Below are positions 47,493 through 56,319 of a DNA stretch of 64,000 nt, one piece after another. The notes under the pieces were generated by a model. The model was not told the DNA's origin, did not search any database, and worked only from the letters and a program-made list of their open reading frames with translations. A program made the translations under genes and the position numbers. The stretch lies in IMG/VR virus record IMGVR_UViG_3300032070_000001, positions 12,183-76,182 of that record; one strand, 5' to 3'. Source of the stretch: a virus (taxonomy: Duplodnaviria > Heunggongvirae > Uroviricota > Caudoviricetes). The number at the start of each line of letters is the position of its first letter. Positions within the stretch are counted from its first letter, which is position 1.

Positions 47493-48926
47493 TTAGCCGA
47501 GAACCGGCACGAGCAGCCCGCTGTCGAGAACCGCCACACCCGCGAGGATGTCGCAGTTGACGACCACGCCGCCCGCGTTGATGTCGTACTGCATCAAGAC
47601 GCGCATCCCGATCCCGTTGTAGGGGACCACGGCGGCCATGACGCCCATCCGGGTGTCCGGGAGGGCGAGGGGGCGAGTGACCAGGGCCAAGGCGTCCCGA
47701 TGGAACGCCAGGTTCAGCGAACCCTTCGGCCCGGGATAAGCTTCAGCCGTACTCAGCACCTTTGCCTCCAACGGCCGATCCAAGAGGACCGTGGTGTGAG
47801 TCGAATCAACCACCGTCACCTCGATGATCGTGTAGGTATGACGGCCAAGCAGCGTGGCACCGAAGGCAAGCAACTGGCCCACCTGCAGGTACTTGTAGGC
47901 CGTATGCGTGAACGTCATAGCCTTACTGTAACCAGCGGCCCGATCCGTGGCTTCGTTCGCGCACTTCTTGTAATGCGTAACCACGGCCGTGGCCCCAGTA
48001 CCGTACTTGAGCGGCTCATTCAGGATAACATGGCCCGTAGTCGCGTCAAGCATCCAGGTCGGCTGGTCATTACCAGCAATGTTGAGAAACTCACCAGCGG
48101 AACCGGTGATAACGATGTCGATGTCGCCAGCGTACCCGGCCGCCTGAGCATCACTATTGACTGCCAAAAGTTCGTTCTCAGTCCCAGTCAGAACGCAGTT
48201 GACGTTCTGGCACATGAAGGTATCGAAGCCGAGGACGCGGCCGAGGGTCGCATTCTCCAGCGCCGTCCCGCCGTCGCCGCGCTCATTAGCCTTCAGGAAG
48301 ATAGGAGTCTTCAGCATGGCGGTCTCGGCTGTGGGAGCCATGACCAACCGACGACCATCCATCGGGGCCTTGTTAACGTTCAGACGCTCACGGGCGTCCA
48401 AAACGTAATCCTGAGCCGTCGTGGAATCGAGGCCACCTAGCTTGCCGACACGAGCCGCCGGATCGCCGAGGTAAGCGTGAATCCGCCCCAGGAGGGAACG
48501 GTCGATGCCTCGCGCGATGGCCTGCATCGCCGGCCGGAGGTAGATGTTCGTGAGTTCCTGGAAGGACTTGCTGCCTTCACCATCACGGATCACGAAAGAC
48601 TTGTAGAACCACTGGTCCAAAGGCACCGCCACATTGCTGGCGATGGCGTCATCCTGCACCAGAGTCGTGCCGTCCGTTTTCCGGCTGATCTTGAACTCGC
48701 CGGGCTTCCGAGTGTTCACGACATCACCAAACTTGGCAACGGCATTCTCGAAGTCACGATGGACGAGGCTGGCCATGACCATGTTCTCTTCGAGGATGGC
48801 CAGACCCTCCTGCGCCCAAAGTTCGGGCACGTAGGCGTCCAGAAGATTGCCGTCACCATTCGCGTAGCAGGCCACGAAGGGCCGAGAGAGGTAGAGGGAA
48901 TTCATGATGTTCACTCCGATTTTCAA
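47493..48926 (-). CDS. major capsid protein (putative)
   Basis: 477 aa, immediately after the scaffold gene and followed by a strong terminator. Confidence 0.6.
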   Translation of the reverse strand: MKIGVNIMNSLYLSRPFVACYANGDGNLLDAYVPELWAQEGLAILEENMVMASLVHRDFENAVAKFGDVVNTRKPGEFKISRKTDGTTLVQDDAIASNVAVPLDQWFYKSFVIRDGEGSKSFQELTNIYLRPAMQAIARGIDRSLLGRIHAYLGDPAARVGKLGGLDSTTAQDYVLDARERLNVNKAPMDGRRLVMAPTAETAMLKTPIFLKANERGDGGTALENATLGRVLGFDTFMCQNVNCVLTGTENELLAVNSDAQAAGYAGDIDIVITGSAGEFLNIAGNDQPTWMLDATTGHVILNEPLKYGTGATAVVTHYKKCANEATDRAAGYSKAMTFTHTAYKYLQVGQLLAFGATLLGRHTYTIIEVTVVDSTHTTVLLDRPLEAKVLSTAEAYPGPKGSLNLAFHRDALALVTRPLALPDTRMGVMAAVVPYNGIGMRVLMQYDINAGGVVVNCDILAGVAVLDSGLLVPVLG

Positions 48927-49000
48927 TTCCGCTCAAAGGTGCTGTCAGCCAACGTGGCTCACCAGTCACCAGAGCAACCTTTCACCGACCCCTGAGAAGT

Positions 49001-49852
49001 TTAGCGGCGCTTGGGCGCGAGACCGAGCAATTCAGGGTTCTTGGCTCGAATCTCTCGATACTGTGGGGGAGTCAACTTCCGCACGTCGATCTTGCCGCCT
49101 TGACCCGGCGTGAGGCCGCCGGTGACCGAACTGGAACCGATCCCCGAGACAACATTGGAACGAAACAGGTTGCCCCATTGCTCGGGTAATTCTTTCATAC
49201 GTTGGACCGCTTCATCCGGGGTCCGTGAGCACTTCACCATTTCCCCAGTCGTCGCATCCTTATCCAGCATCTTGACCATCGGCGTGTATGTGCCGATGGG
49301 CTTGCCCGTCGTGGGGTCCACGTCAGGCACCAGTTCCGTCTGACTGCGCAGTTGTGTCACAATCTGTCCCGGGCTGAATGCCTCATGCTTCACCGCGGCA
49401 TCCTGCAACGACCTGTCGATGGTGGAATCCCGGAAAAGGGCTTCCCAGACCTGTGCCTTCTTCTCGGCCTCAATCACCTTCTGCTGGTACGCCTCTTCCA
49501 ACTGGCGCTTTTCCAACTGCAACTGCTGCTCCTTCGTGCGCAACTGGCCCTGAACCGTTTCCAAATTGTCTTGCAGAGCCTTACGATCACTCTCAGTAAG
49601 CGTATTGCTCTCCAAAGCTCTTTGCAGCTTGGTCTCGACCTCTTGGAACTTCATCTGATGCTTGCGACGGTCGACGGCAAGAGCATCGTTGAACTTCTTC
49701 TGCTGGTCGGGCGTGAATCCTTCAGGCGGTCGCACGTCACTATCAGCGGCAGCGGCAGCAGCGGCAGCGGCAGCGGCAGCGGCGGCAGTAGCGGCATCCT
49801 CACCCTCGAAACATGACACCCACGGACGCGACAAATACAAAACGCTGAACAT
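49001..49852 (-). CDS. scaffolding protein (coiled-coil)
   Basis: Central heptad-rich region QEVETKLQRALESN...LQLEKRQLEEAYQQKVIEAEKK. Poly-Ala tract near the N-terminus. Confidence 0.55.
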   Translation of the reverse strand: MFSVLYLSRPWVSCFEGEDAATAAAAAAAAAAAAAADSDVRPPEGFTPDQQKKFNDALAVDRRKHQMKFQEVETKLQRALESNTLTESDRKALQDNLETVQGQLRTKEQQLQLEKRQLEEAYQQKVIEAEKKAQVWEALFRDSTIDRSLQDAAVKHEAFSPGQIVTQLRSQTELVPDVDPTTGKPIGTYTPMVKMLDKDATTGEMVKCSRTPDEAVQRMKELPEQWGNLFRSNVVSGIGSSSVTGGLTPGQGGKIDVRKLTPPQYREIRAKNPELLGLAPKRR

Positions 49853-49945
49853 TCAGCACTCCTCGAACCCCGATGAACAACAACAGGAACCCCGTCGCAA
49901 TCGGGTATTGACGGTCCTGGCCCGGCGTAGACCGGTGAAAGGTAG

Positions 49946-50033
49946 CTAAGACACCCGCCTAGCTAATACGTGAAAGCTTCAAAGCACCCGAGTCGCGCAA
50001 GAAAGGCTTAAGTAAGCGCCACGCGGCAGAACT
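49946..50033. repeat. ~88-bp direct repeat, copy A (intergenic); copy B at 50779-50866
   Basis: gcctagctaatacgtgaaagcttcaaagcacccgagtcgcgcaagaaaggcttaagtaagcgccacgcggcagaactcgacacc versus ccgctagctcatacgtgaaagtttcaaaacatccgagtcgcgcaagaaaggcttgagcaagcgccacgcgacagaactcggcacc, about 90% identical. Confidence 0.8.
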
Positions 50034-50060
50034 CGACACCTTAATATATTTGATACTCAC

Positions 50061-50768
50061 CTACACTTGAGCAGCACCAATAAGTGCTGGATAAATGGCG
50101 TCGTTATGCTCAGCAAGTGCAATTTCCAGCGCAATAGCCTTGATTGTCTCCGCACTGAAACGTCGCTCACTGACAGATGCGCCCTGAACCAATGCCGAAG
50201 GGACAACACCTTCCGCCGGCACCGTACCACGAAGGATGCCAAGGCGATCAACCAAAATCGCATACCCGAGCCGGTCGGCTTGACCCTCCGTTGTGACCGT
50301 GATCGCGCCTGCCGAACCGCCGCCCGTCAATTTGGCACCGTCGATCACCGTCAAAGCATGATTCGCTTCCTCGACCGATGCACCGTCGAACGTCAACGTA
50401 ACAGGAGTTGAGGTAAGAGGACCACCGGCAACAGAAATGTCACCGTTCGTCCAACCAACAACACCAGCCGACGTGGCAGCGACATCAATCGCAGTTTCAA
50501 TTGTTGCCGCATTGGCATTATACGCAATGTCGCCCGTCGTAAAGGTCTCGCCACTAACCAAAGTAACTGTTAGTGCAAAGGTACCGCCATCAACAGTTTC
50601 GACATAGATGGCGATTGACTGAACCTCATCGACAGCCTGCAAAGCGGCAGACAATTCAAAATCATGAACCGCCATGAGTTCACGATAGGCGCGCCGATCC
50701 AATGGATCAATCGGAGGCGTAGTATCAATTGTCACCGCCGCATTGAGAAAATCCGCAATAACACCCAT
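50061..50768 (-). CDS. Ig-like-module protein flanked by the 88-bp direct repeats
   Basis: Contains a diverged copy of the shared module (GGTFALTVTLVSGETFTTGDIAYNANAATIETAIDVA). Start taken at M27 so that copy B stays outside. The tabulated start is 50846. Confidence 0.45.
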   Translation of the reverse strand: MGVIADFLNAAVTIDTTPPIDPLDRRAYRELMAVHDFELSAALQAVDEVQSIAIYVETVDGGTFALTVTLVSGETFTTGDIAYNANAATIETAIDVAATSAGVVGWTNGDISVAGGPLTSTPVTLTFDGASVEEANHALTVIDGAKLTGGGSAGAITVTTEGQADRLGYAILVDRLGILRGTVPAEGVVPSALVQGASVSERRFSAETIKAIALEIALAEHNDAIYPALIGAAQV

Positions 50769-50782
50769 TTCAGATATCTCCG

Positions 50783-51322
50783 CTAGCTCATACGTGAAAG
50801 TTTCAAAACATCCGAGTCGCGCAAGAAAGGCTTGAGCAAGCGCCACGCGACAGAACTCGGCACCATGTTGATGATGTGCTCGATAGGCAGTTGCGACCGC
50901 TCGTAGACCGTCTTCACCGCCCCGTACCCCATCGAACTGACGGCCAGATTCTCTAGTTCCAATTCCGGGTCCTTGCCGTCCAGTAGCGCGTAGGCGATCT
51001 CGTACTCCGCGATGCGAATCTCCGTAGGCACCTCAGTATCACTGCCCCTGGGAAACTCCAAGAGTTGATCCGCCTCGGCCACTCGAATCTGCTCTTGCGT
51101 AGCAGATGGGTTCGCCTGCAAGAGAAGATAGACGCTGTTCTTGTAGCCTTTGTAGTTCAGAGTGTCGATGATGGTGCGCGCGGCAACCAGTGCTTTACCA
51201 CGATCCGCTGCTGTAGCATTCGTCCACGCCGTCTCATGAAGTCGGGTGACAAAATACTCATCCGCCTCCTCCAGATCACCGTAAACATCATCGTAAAGTG
51301 TCATTGCGTCACCGTCACCCAA
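50783..51322 (-). CDS. hypothetical head-associated protein
   Basis: 179 aa. Its 3' end is part of repeat copy B. Confidence 0.45.
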   Translation of the reverse strand: MGDGDAMTLYDDVYGDLEEADEYFVTRLHETAWTNATAADRGKALVAARTIIDTLNYKGYKNSVYLLLQANPSATQEQIRVAEADQLLEFPRGSDTEVPTEIRIAEYEIAYALLDGKDPELELENLAVSSMGYGAVKTVYERSQLPIEHIINMVPSSVAWRLLKPFLRDSDVLKLSRMS

Positions 51323-51328
51323 GCCCCA

Positions 51329-52624
51329 TCAAAACTTGTTAAAATGCCGCGAGAGGGGGAAATCCTCAAACACATTCCACTGACCACGAATCCTTAAAAT
51401 CGGTGGATGATTGAATGGAATCCCGTATATCCGACCATTTGGCGCTAAGACACCCCCTGTCCACTTCTCTTCAGCACCGTAGCTCCCAATAGTCGTTACG
51501 GTATCTGACACAGGATCAATTACAAGAATTGATGTGTCACGATAGGGAATACCATAGATGCGTCCATCAGGAGCCAAAACCCCACCTGCCCACTTATTTG
51601 ATGCTGTTCCGACATCACCGAAAGTTGTCGCTGTATCTGTGGTGGGATCAATCTTTAAGACCGATGCACTACTGGCCGGGATACCATAGATGCAACCATT
51701 CGGAGCCAAAACCCCACCATGCCACTTGTATGTTGCCGTCCCAAGATCGCCAAAAAGCGTAGTTGTATCTGTGGCAGGATCAATCTTTAACACGTATGCC
51801 CGACGGTCTGGAATCCCATAGATACAACCATTTGGTGCTAGTACGCCGCCCTTCCACTTCGTTAGCGATGTGCCAAGACTTCCGAATGTTGAATACGTGT
51901 CATTCGTTGGATTGATCTTTAAGATAGTCGCAATGCCAGTTGGAATCCCGTAGATCATTCCATTTGGAGCTAAGACACAACCCCACCACTTACTTCCGGT
52001 AGCAAAACTTCCGAATGTTGATACCGTGTCATTTGCCGGATTGATCCTCAGTATTGTAGACCCACCAAATGGCACAGAATAAATCATACCATTCGGAGCT
52101 AAAACACCGCCCGCCCACGCAGTCCCCTGCGTAGAGACAACACCTCCAAACATGGTCGCAGTGTTGGTAGTAGGATCAATTTTCAATATCGTTGGAGCCG
52201 TCAGACATTGATATGGTATCCCGTAGATACAGCCATTTGGTGCTAAAACGCCTCCAATCCAATGCCGTAAGTTGGCGGTATCAGGATTTGCAACAGTATC
52301 ATGAGCCGCATCATTGGGCACCCATCGTTGCAAAATCGACAACGCTTGAATTATTGCCAATCCATTGTTGCTGTTCTGCTCCCACTCGGGAAAACGAGCA
52401 ACATCCAAGAGATCGGCAACTCGAAGTTGTTGCATACCGCTGCCAATACCGGTATAAATATAGGCATTGTATGCCAATCGCTCTGGCCAAGTCACTTGAC
52501 GTAGACGACCACTCTCTGAGATAATCGGTTTTCGGGCCGCCATGACTCCAACATCCAGAATATCAGCAGTCTTCAACTGTTGAAGTCTACTGTTCACCAA
52601 TACAATAGGATGACGAGTAGCCAT
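51329..52624 (-). CDS. seven-bladed beta-propeller repeat protein
   Basis: Seven ~45-aa repeats of W.GGVLAPNG.IYGIP....IL.I.P..DT..TFG. The N-terminus has duplicated LQQLKTADILDV/MQQLRVADLLDV. Confidence 0.65.
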   Translation of the reverse strand: MATRHPIVLVNSRLQQLKTADILDVGVMAARKPIISESGRLRQVTWPERLAYNAYIYTGIGSGMQQLRVADLLDVARFPEWEQNSNNGLAIIQALSILQRWVPNDAAHDTVANPDTANLRHWIGGVLAPNGCIYGIPYQCLTAPTILKIDPTTNTATMFGGVVSTQGTAWAGGVLAPNGMIYSVPFGGSTILRINPANDTVSTFGSFATGSKWWGCVLAPNGMIYGIPTGIATILKINPTNDTYSTFGSLGTSLTKWKGGVLAPNGCIYGIPDRRAYVLKIDPATDTTTLFGDLGTATYKWHGGVLAPNGCIYGIPASSASVLKIDPTTDTATTFGDVGTASNKWAGGVLAPDGRIYGIPYRDTSILVIDPVSDTVTTIGSYGAEEKWTGGVLAPNGRIYGIPFNHPPILRIRGQWNVFEDFPLSRHFNKF

Positions 52625-52636
52625 TCTTACACCTAC

Positions 52637-53620
52637 CTATATCTCAATTGGTGTCTGAATGTTAATGACTAATCGCGTGGTATCCATTGCTACACCAAGC
52701 GATGCCAGAATCTCTCCGACTTCTGTTGGCGGTGTTACTGTCAACTTTCCAGCCGTTGTTGACAAGTAGTAGCGAGCGCCTTCAGTCAAACCACCAGTTT
52801 CGTCAGTTACAGCGTCCCATTCGTCGGTAGTTGCAACCAAGACGCCTGCATTCTGAATAGCACCATCCAAGCCATCTGCAATGGAGGCGTCTTCAACAAA
52901 TCCGATAACATCGGCTGTCAAAACAGCACTTGCCTCAGCGAGTGCCACTTTTCCGTTTGCCTTTGCATAGACAGGTTGGCATCTATTGATCGCGCTACCT
53001 TGGTCATTTGTGGCAGTAAACAATACACCAGTACCAGTGGGGCCTGTTGCACCGACTTCACCTTGCGGCCCAACCTCGCCCTGGATGCCTTGCGGCCCAA
53101 CCTCGCCCTGGATGCCTTGCGGCCCAACCTCGCCCTGGATGCCTTGCGGCCCAACCTCGCCCTGGATGCCTTGCAGCCCGACTTCGCCTCGCGGCCCGAC
53201 TTCACCTTGCAGCCCGACTTCGCCTCGCGGCCCGACTTCACCTTGCGGCCCGACTTCACCTTGCGGCCCGACTTCACCTTGCGGCCCGACTTCACCTTGC
53301 GGCCCGACTTCACCCGGCAGACCAGCAACGCCTTGTGGCCCAATATCCCCTTTGCCGGCGTAGGACCCAGGTTTTCCTTGCAGACCAATGGGTCCACGGT
53401 CGCCTTTCGGACCTCGTTCACCGCATGGTCCCGATGGTCCCGGCGGTCCCGGCGGTCCTGGCGGTCCTACGCCCCCCCCATCAGGTCCTAGTAACCCTTG
53501 CAGTCCACGATCTCCTTTGGGTCCGCGATCTCCTTTCGGACCTCTTTCACCACGTGGCCCCGGCGGTCCAATTAAAGATGCCATATCAACACGCAATCCA
53601 GGAAAACTGACTGCCCGCAC
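52637..53620 (-). CDS. collagen-like (G-X-Y) fibre protein with globular C-terminal domain
   Basis: About 190 aa of GxY triplets ([13 protein letters not shown]...), encoded by 27-bp and 18-bp perfect tandem repeats. Start may be M13 (53584). Confidence 0.8.
   Translation of the reverse strand: MRAVSFPGLRVDMASLIGPPGPRGERGPKGDRGPKGDRGLQGLLGPDGGGVGPPGPPGPPGPSGPCGERGPKGDRGPIGLQGKPGSYAGKGDIGPQGVAGLPGEVGPQGEVGPQGEVGPQGEVGPQGEVGPRGEVGLQGEVGPRGEVGLQGIQGEVGPQGIQGEVGPQGIQGEVGPQGIQGEVGPQGEVGATGPTGTGVLFTATNDQGSAINRCQPVYAKANGKVALAEASAVLTADVIGFVEDASIADGLDGAIQNAGVLVATTDEWDAVTDETGGLTEGARYYLSTTAGKLTVTPPTEVGEILASLGVAMDTTRLVINIQTPIEI
53060..53325. repeat. perfect tandem repeats (27-bp x4, 18-bp x5) inside the collagen-like gene
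   Basis: ccttgcggcccaacctcgccctggatg x4, then cttgcggcccgacttcac x5. Confidence 0.9.
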
Positions 53621-54497
53621 TGGCGTCCGTCTTCGTAATGGTGATTGTGAAGCCAGCGTCGCCTTTCTGCGTCTCTGTGATTGTCACCGTCGTACTACCG
53701 CCTACAAGCAACGATCCATCACCCGTCATTGCGTCGACATTCATAAGAGCGAGTGCGCCCTTGAACTCGACCACCCAATCGACGCTCGGACCAGAACCAC
53801 CTGTCACTTCCACATCGCCAACCGCGATGTTGGACAAATCCTCCAATGCGGTCTGAACGGCAGCGGCCGTTGCGTTATAAGCAATGGCCGCAGTCGTCTG
53901 TCCGCTATAAGTCAACGTGAAAGTCCCAGACGAAGTGGCATCGTCGATAGCGACCGTCTGCTTCTCGTTGATGCCCCCATCAGTGCCGATCATCAAAGAC
54001 ATATCCGTCTTCGCCAATGTGCCTTGAAACTCCACAGTATACGGACCGCCCGCATCGCCGCTGACAGCAACATTACCCACCCCGATATTCGGCAGCGCCT
54101 CCAATACGTCTTCCACCGTTCCCGCTGTCGCCTCAACAGCAATCGGATCAGTCATCTCGCCATCCAGCGTCAAGGTAAACGTCTCACCGACGATATCACC
54201 TGAAAGCGTGACGACCTGCTGTGAATTGCCAGCCGGCGTAGCAATCATGTACACCGTACTGATGTCCTCGACCTGTACCTCCAACTCTTCGCCGGCTGGA
54301 AGCGGATAACCATCGACCACCGTAACACCGACACGACCGACATAGATCACGATACCATTGGCTGTTGCCGCGCGTACCCGTACACCTTTAAGCACGATTT
54401 CAGGTGCGTAGCCTGAAACAACAAGAGGCCGCGCCACAGCATCCGCCCCACCATGCCCCACCCAAAACTGTTTAACTGCAGTTCGCACTATGTCCAT
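53586..54497 (-). CDS. protein with two Ig-like modules
   Basis: The two copies are [44 protein letters not shown] and [45 protein letters not shown]. 53650-53860 is nucleotide-similar to 37840-38060. Confidence 0.55.
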   Translation of the reverse strand: MDIVRTAVKQFWVGHGGADAVARPLVVSGYAPEIVLKGVRVRAATANGIVIYVGRVGVTVVDGYPLPAGEELEVQVEDISTVYMIATPAGNSQQVVTLSGDIVGETFTLTLDGEMTDPIAVEATAGTVEDVLEALPNIGVGNVAVSGDAGGPYTVEFQGTLAKTDMSLMIGTDGGINEKQTVAIDDATSSGTFTLTYSGQTTAAIAYNATAAAVQTALEDLSNIAVGDVEVTGGSGPSVDWVVEFKGALALMNVDAMTGDGSLLVGGSTTVTITETQKGDAGFTITITKTDASAGSQFSWIAC

Positions 54498-54507
54498 TGA
54501 TCCGCCC

Positions 54508-56304
54508 TCACACTAGTTTTGGTTTTCCGGCACCGCGCACATGCGAAGCCGTAGTGTCTTGCAACGTTGTGTCGCGGCTAGCCGTCTTCTCATCTTCCCC
54601 GGCGTTGGGATTCGCGGACAAATCCGAGACACCGCGCGCCCCAGGATCACCCGCACTCCTGCCCCGAACCACCCCTTGCCCCTCGGCAATGCGCTTTACG
54701 CGCTCCAAATGATCGACTCGCGCCTTGAGATATTCGTCACCATCGAATCCCAAGGCAACCGAACCAACTTGCTCACCGAGCAACCCCGCTTGAACCGCTT
54801 GAATGATCGTCTGCGGATCACTATTCGTGTAGTGGGCGGCGTCGATTTCGTGGTTGATCTCATCCAGGTCGCTGACGCTAATCTTCCCACCAAGAATCGC
54901 CTGCACGATCCCCTTTGCAAACTCGCGCTTCACCTTGCGGCCCGGAATCTGATTCATCAATTTCGACAAGTCGCCCGCTTCCTTGATCCGGTCAGCATCC
55001 GTCTTGAGACTATACCGATCCGGATACTTGATCGTCGGAACTTGTCGCTTGGAAATTGTCCGCTCTTCGTAGGCCGCCCAAAACTCAGCAACCTGTCGCT
55101 CGCCGCTCTCCAGCAAAAGACCGATGTAACTCAACCCAGCTTCAAGGCCCTGGTTGTCCATCGCCTTTGATTCTGCCGAAGCCCGCACTGCCAAGCTCGA
55201 CACAGCCAGATTGACCAATTCGCGGATGTCTCCCTTGAGTTTGGCCTGCAATTCCAGGCTCGCTCTTAACGGCTCCGACGAGGGATTGATGAAGGCCGGT
55301 TGCACCATCCCTTTATCAAAGGCCCGACCATGCGTGGCACCAACCTTGATGTCCGTCTCTGCTGCCCCCTGGCCACCAGTCGTTGCGGTGCCGTCAGCCG
55401 TGGCGGCAACCTTCAAGTGAGCCCCCACCGCCCGCAGATCCTTCTGTTCGACGTAGAAGGGGAAGTTAGACCCCAGAGCGTAGCTCACGTCGCTCGAACC
55501 CAGGTTCAAAAGCGCAATCTGATGTTGGGCCACATCCTTTATCAGGCTCCCACCGATGTCCAGCATCACGAACGGAATCCGCGTCAGTTCCAACATGATC
55601 GGTCCCGCCGGCTGGCTAAACTGATCGACCGGTGTGCCCTCCAAATTGTAGAACTGCAGGTTAACCTTTTTTGTCTCTTCGTCGATCCAAAGGTAGCGAT
55701 ACCGCTGCACCGAGATCGTCGGCAAGAAGTACGCCTGGTCGTATTGCATCACCGTGTCGCGGAGTAAGACGGCCTGGAACTCGGACGGAGCCTCGGGCTT
55801 CATGCAAGTCCAGGAAAGAATGTCCTCGATGTCGTACTTGTACAGATACGGCGCGACATTCCCTATATCCGCCAAGGTTGCCGTTGCCGAGACCGGCGGG
55901 GCATCCACGTACACACCCACCCGCCCCATGACCAACAATTCCGTCAGAACTTTGACGCCGATGAAGGCGTTCATCGTCGAACCCCGACGATCCACACCCA
56001 GATTCAAGCCGTTAACCGCACTCTGATACGTTGAACTGCCGTCCTTCCGCGTAATATCTCTCATACGCTGATAGATGGAGTTGCGAATGTCGTTGATGGC
56101 CGCACCCGCGAATTTCGGGATCGGCGTCATCGCCTTTCGCCGGATGAACTCCGTCTGGTCTTCCCTCGCGGAAAACTTCTCCAGGTAGACTTCCCGAAAC
56201 TCGTCCCCACCCCCGTAGGTCAGACGCCACTTACACCAATCGGTCATTCCGGAGAGGTAGCCCGGATACCGACTGTCAACCAAGTTGATTACCGCGTCGG
56301 GCAT
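54508..56304 (-). CDS. portal protein (putative)
   Basis: 598 aa, immediately downstream of the large terminase. Confidence 0.6.
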   Translation of the reverse strand: MPDAVINLVDSRYPGYLSGMTDWCKWRLTYGGGDEFREVYLEKFSAREDQTEFIRRKAMTPIPKFAGAAINDIRNSIYQRMRDITRKDGSSTYQSAVNGLNLGVDRRGSTMNAFIGVKVLTELLVMGRVGVYVDAPPVSATATLADIGNVAPYLYKYDIEDILSWTCMKPEAPSEFQAVLLRDTVMQYDQAYFLPTISVQRYRYLWIDEETKKVNLQFYNLEGTPVDQFSQPAGPIMLELTRIPFVMLDIGGSLIKDVAQHQIALLNLGSSDVSYALGSNFPFYVEQKDLRAVGAHLKVAATADGTATTGGQGAAETDIKVGATHGRAFDKGMVQPAFINPSSEPLRASLELQAKLKGDIRELVNLAVSSLAVRASAESKAMDNQGLEAGLSYIGLLLESGERQVAEFWAAYEERTISKRQVPTIKYPDRYSLKTDADRIKEAGDLSKLMNQIPGRKVKREFAKGIVQAILGGKISVSDLDEINHEIDAAHYTNSDPQTIIQAVQAGLLGEQVGSVALGFDGDEYLKARVDHLERVKRIAEGQGVVRGRSAGDPGARGVSDLSANPNAGEDEKTASRDTTLQDTTASHVRGAGKPKLV

Positions 56305-56319
56305 ATCCTGAACCTCTCG

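Noticed and set aside
52976-53610. Plus-strand ORFs with PCGPTSPW / LAAQPRPGC repeats
   Set aside because: These are reverse-strand readings of the collagen-like tandem repeats. They are not independent genes and not CRISPR: the units are contiguous with no unique spacers.
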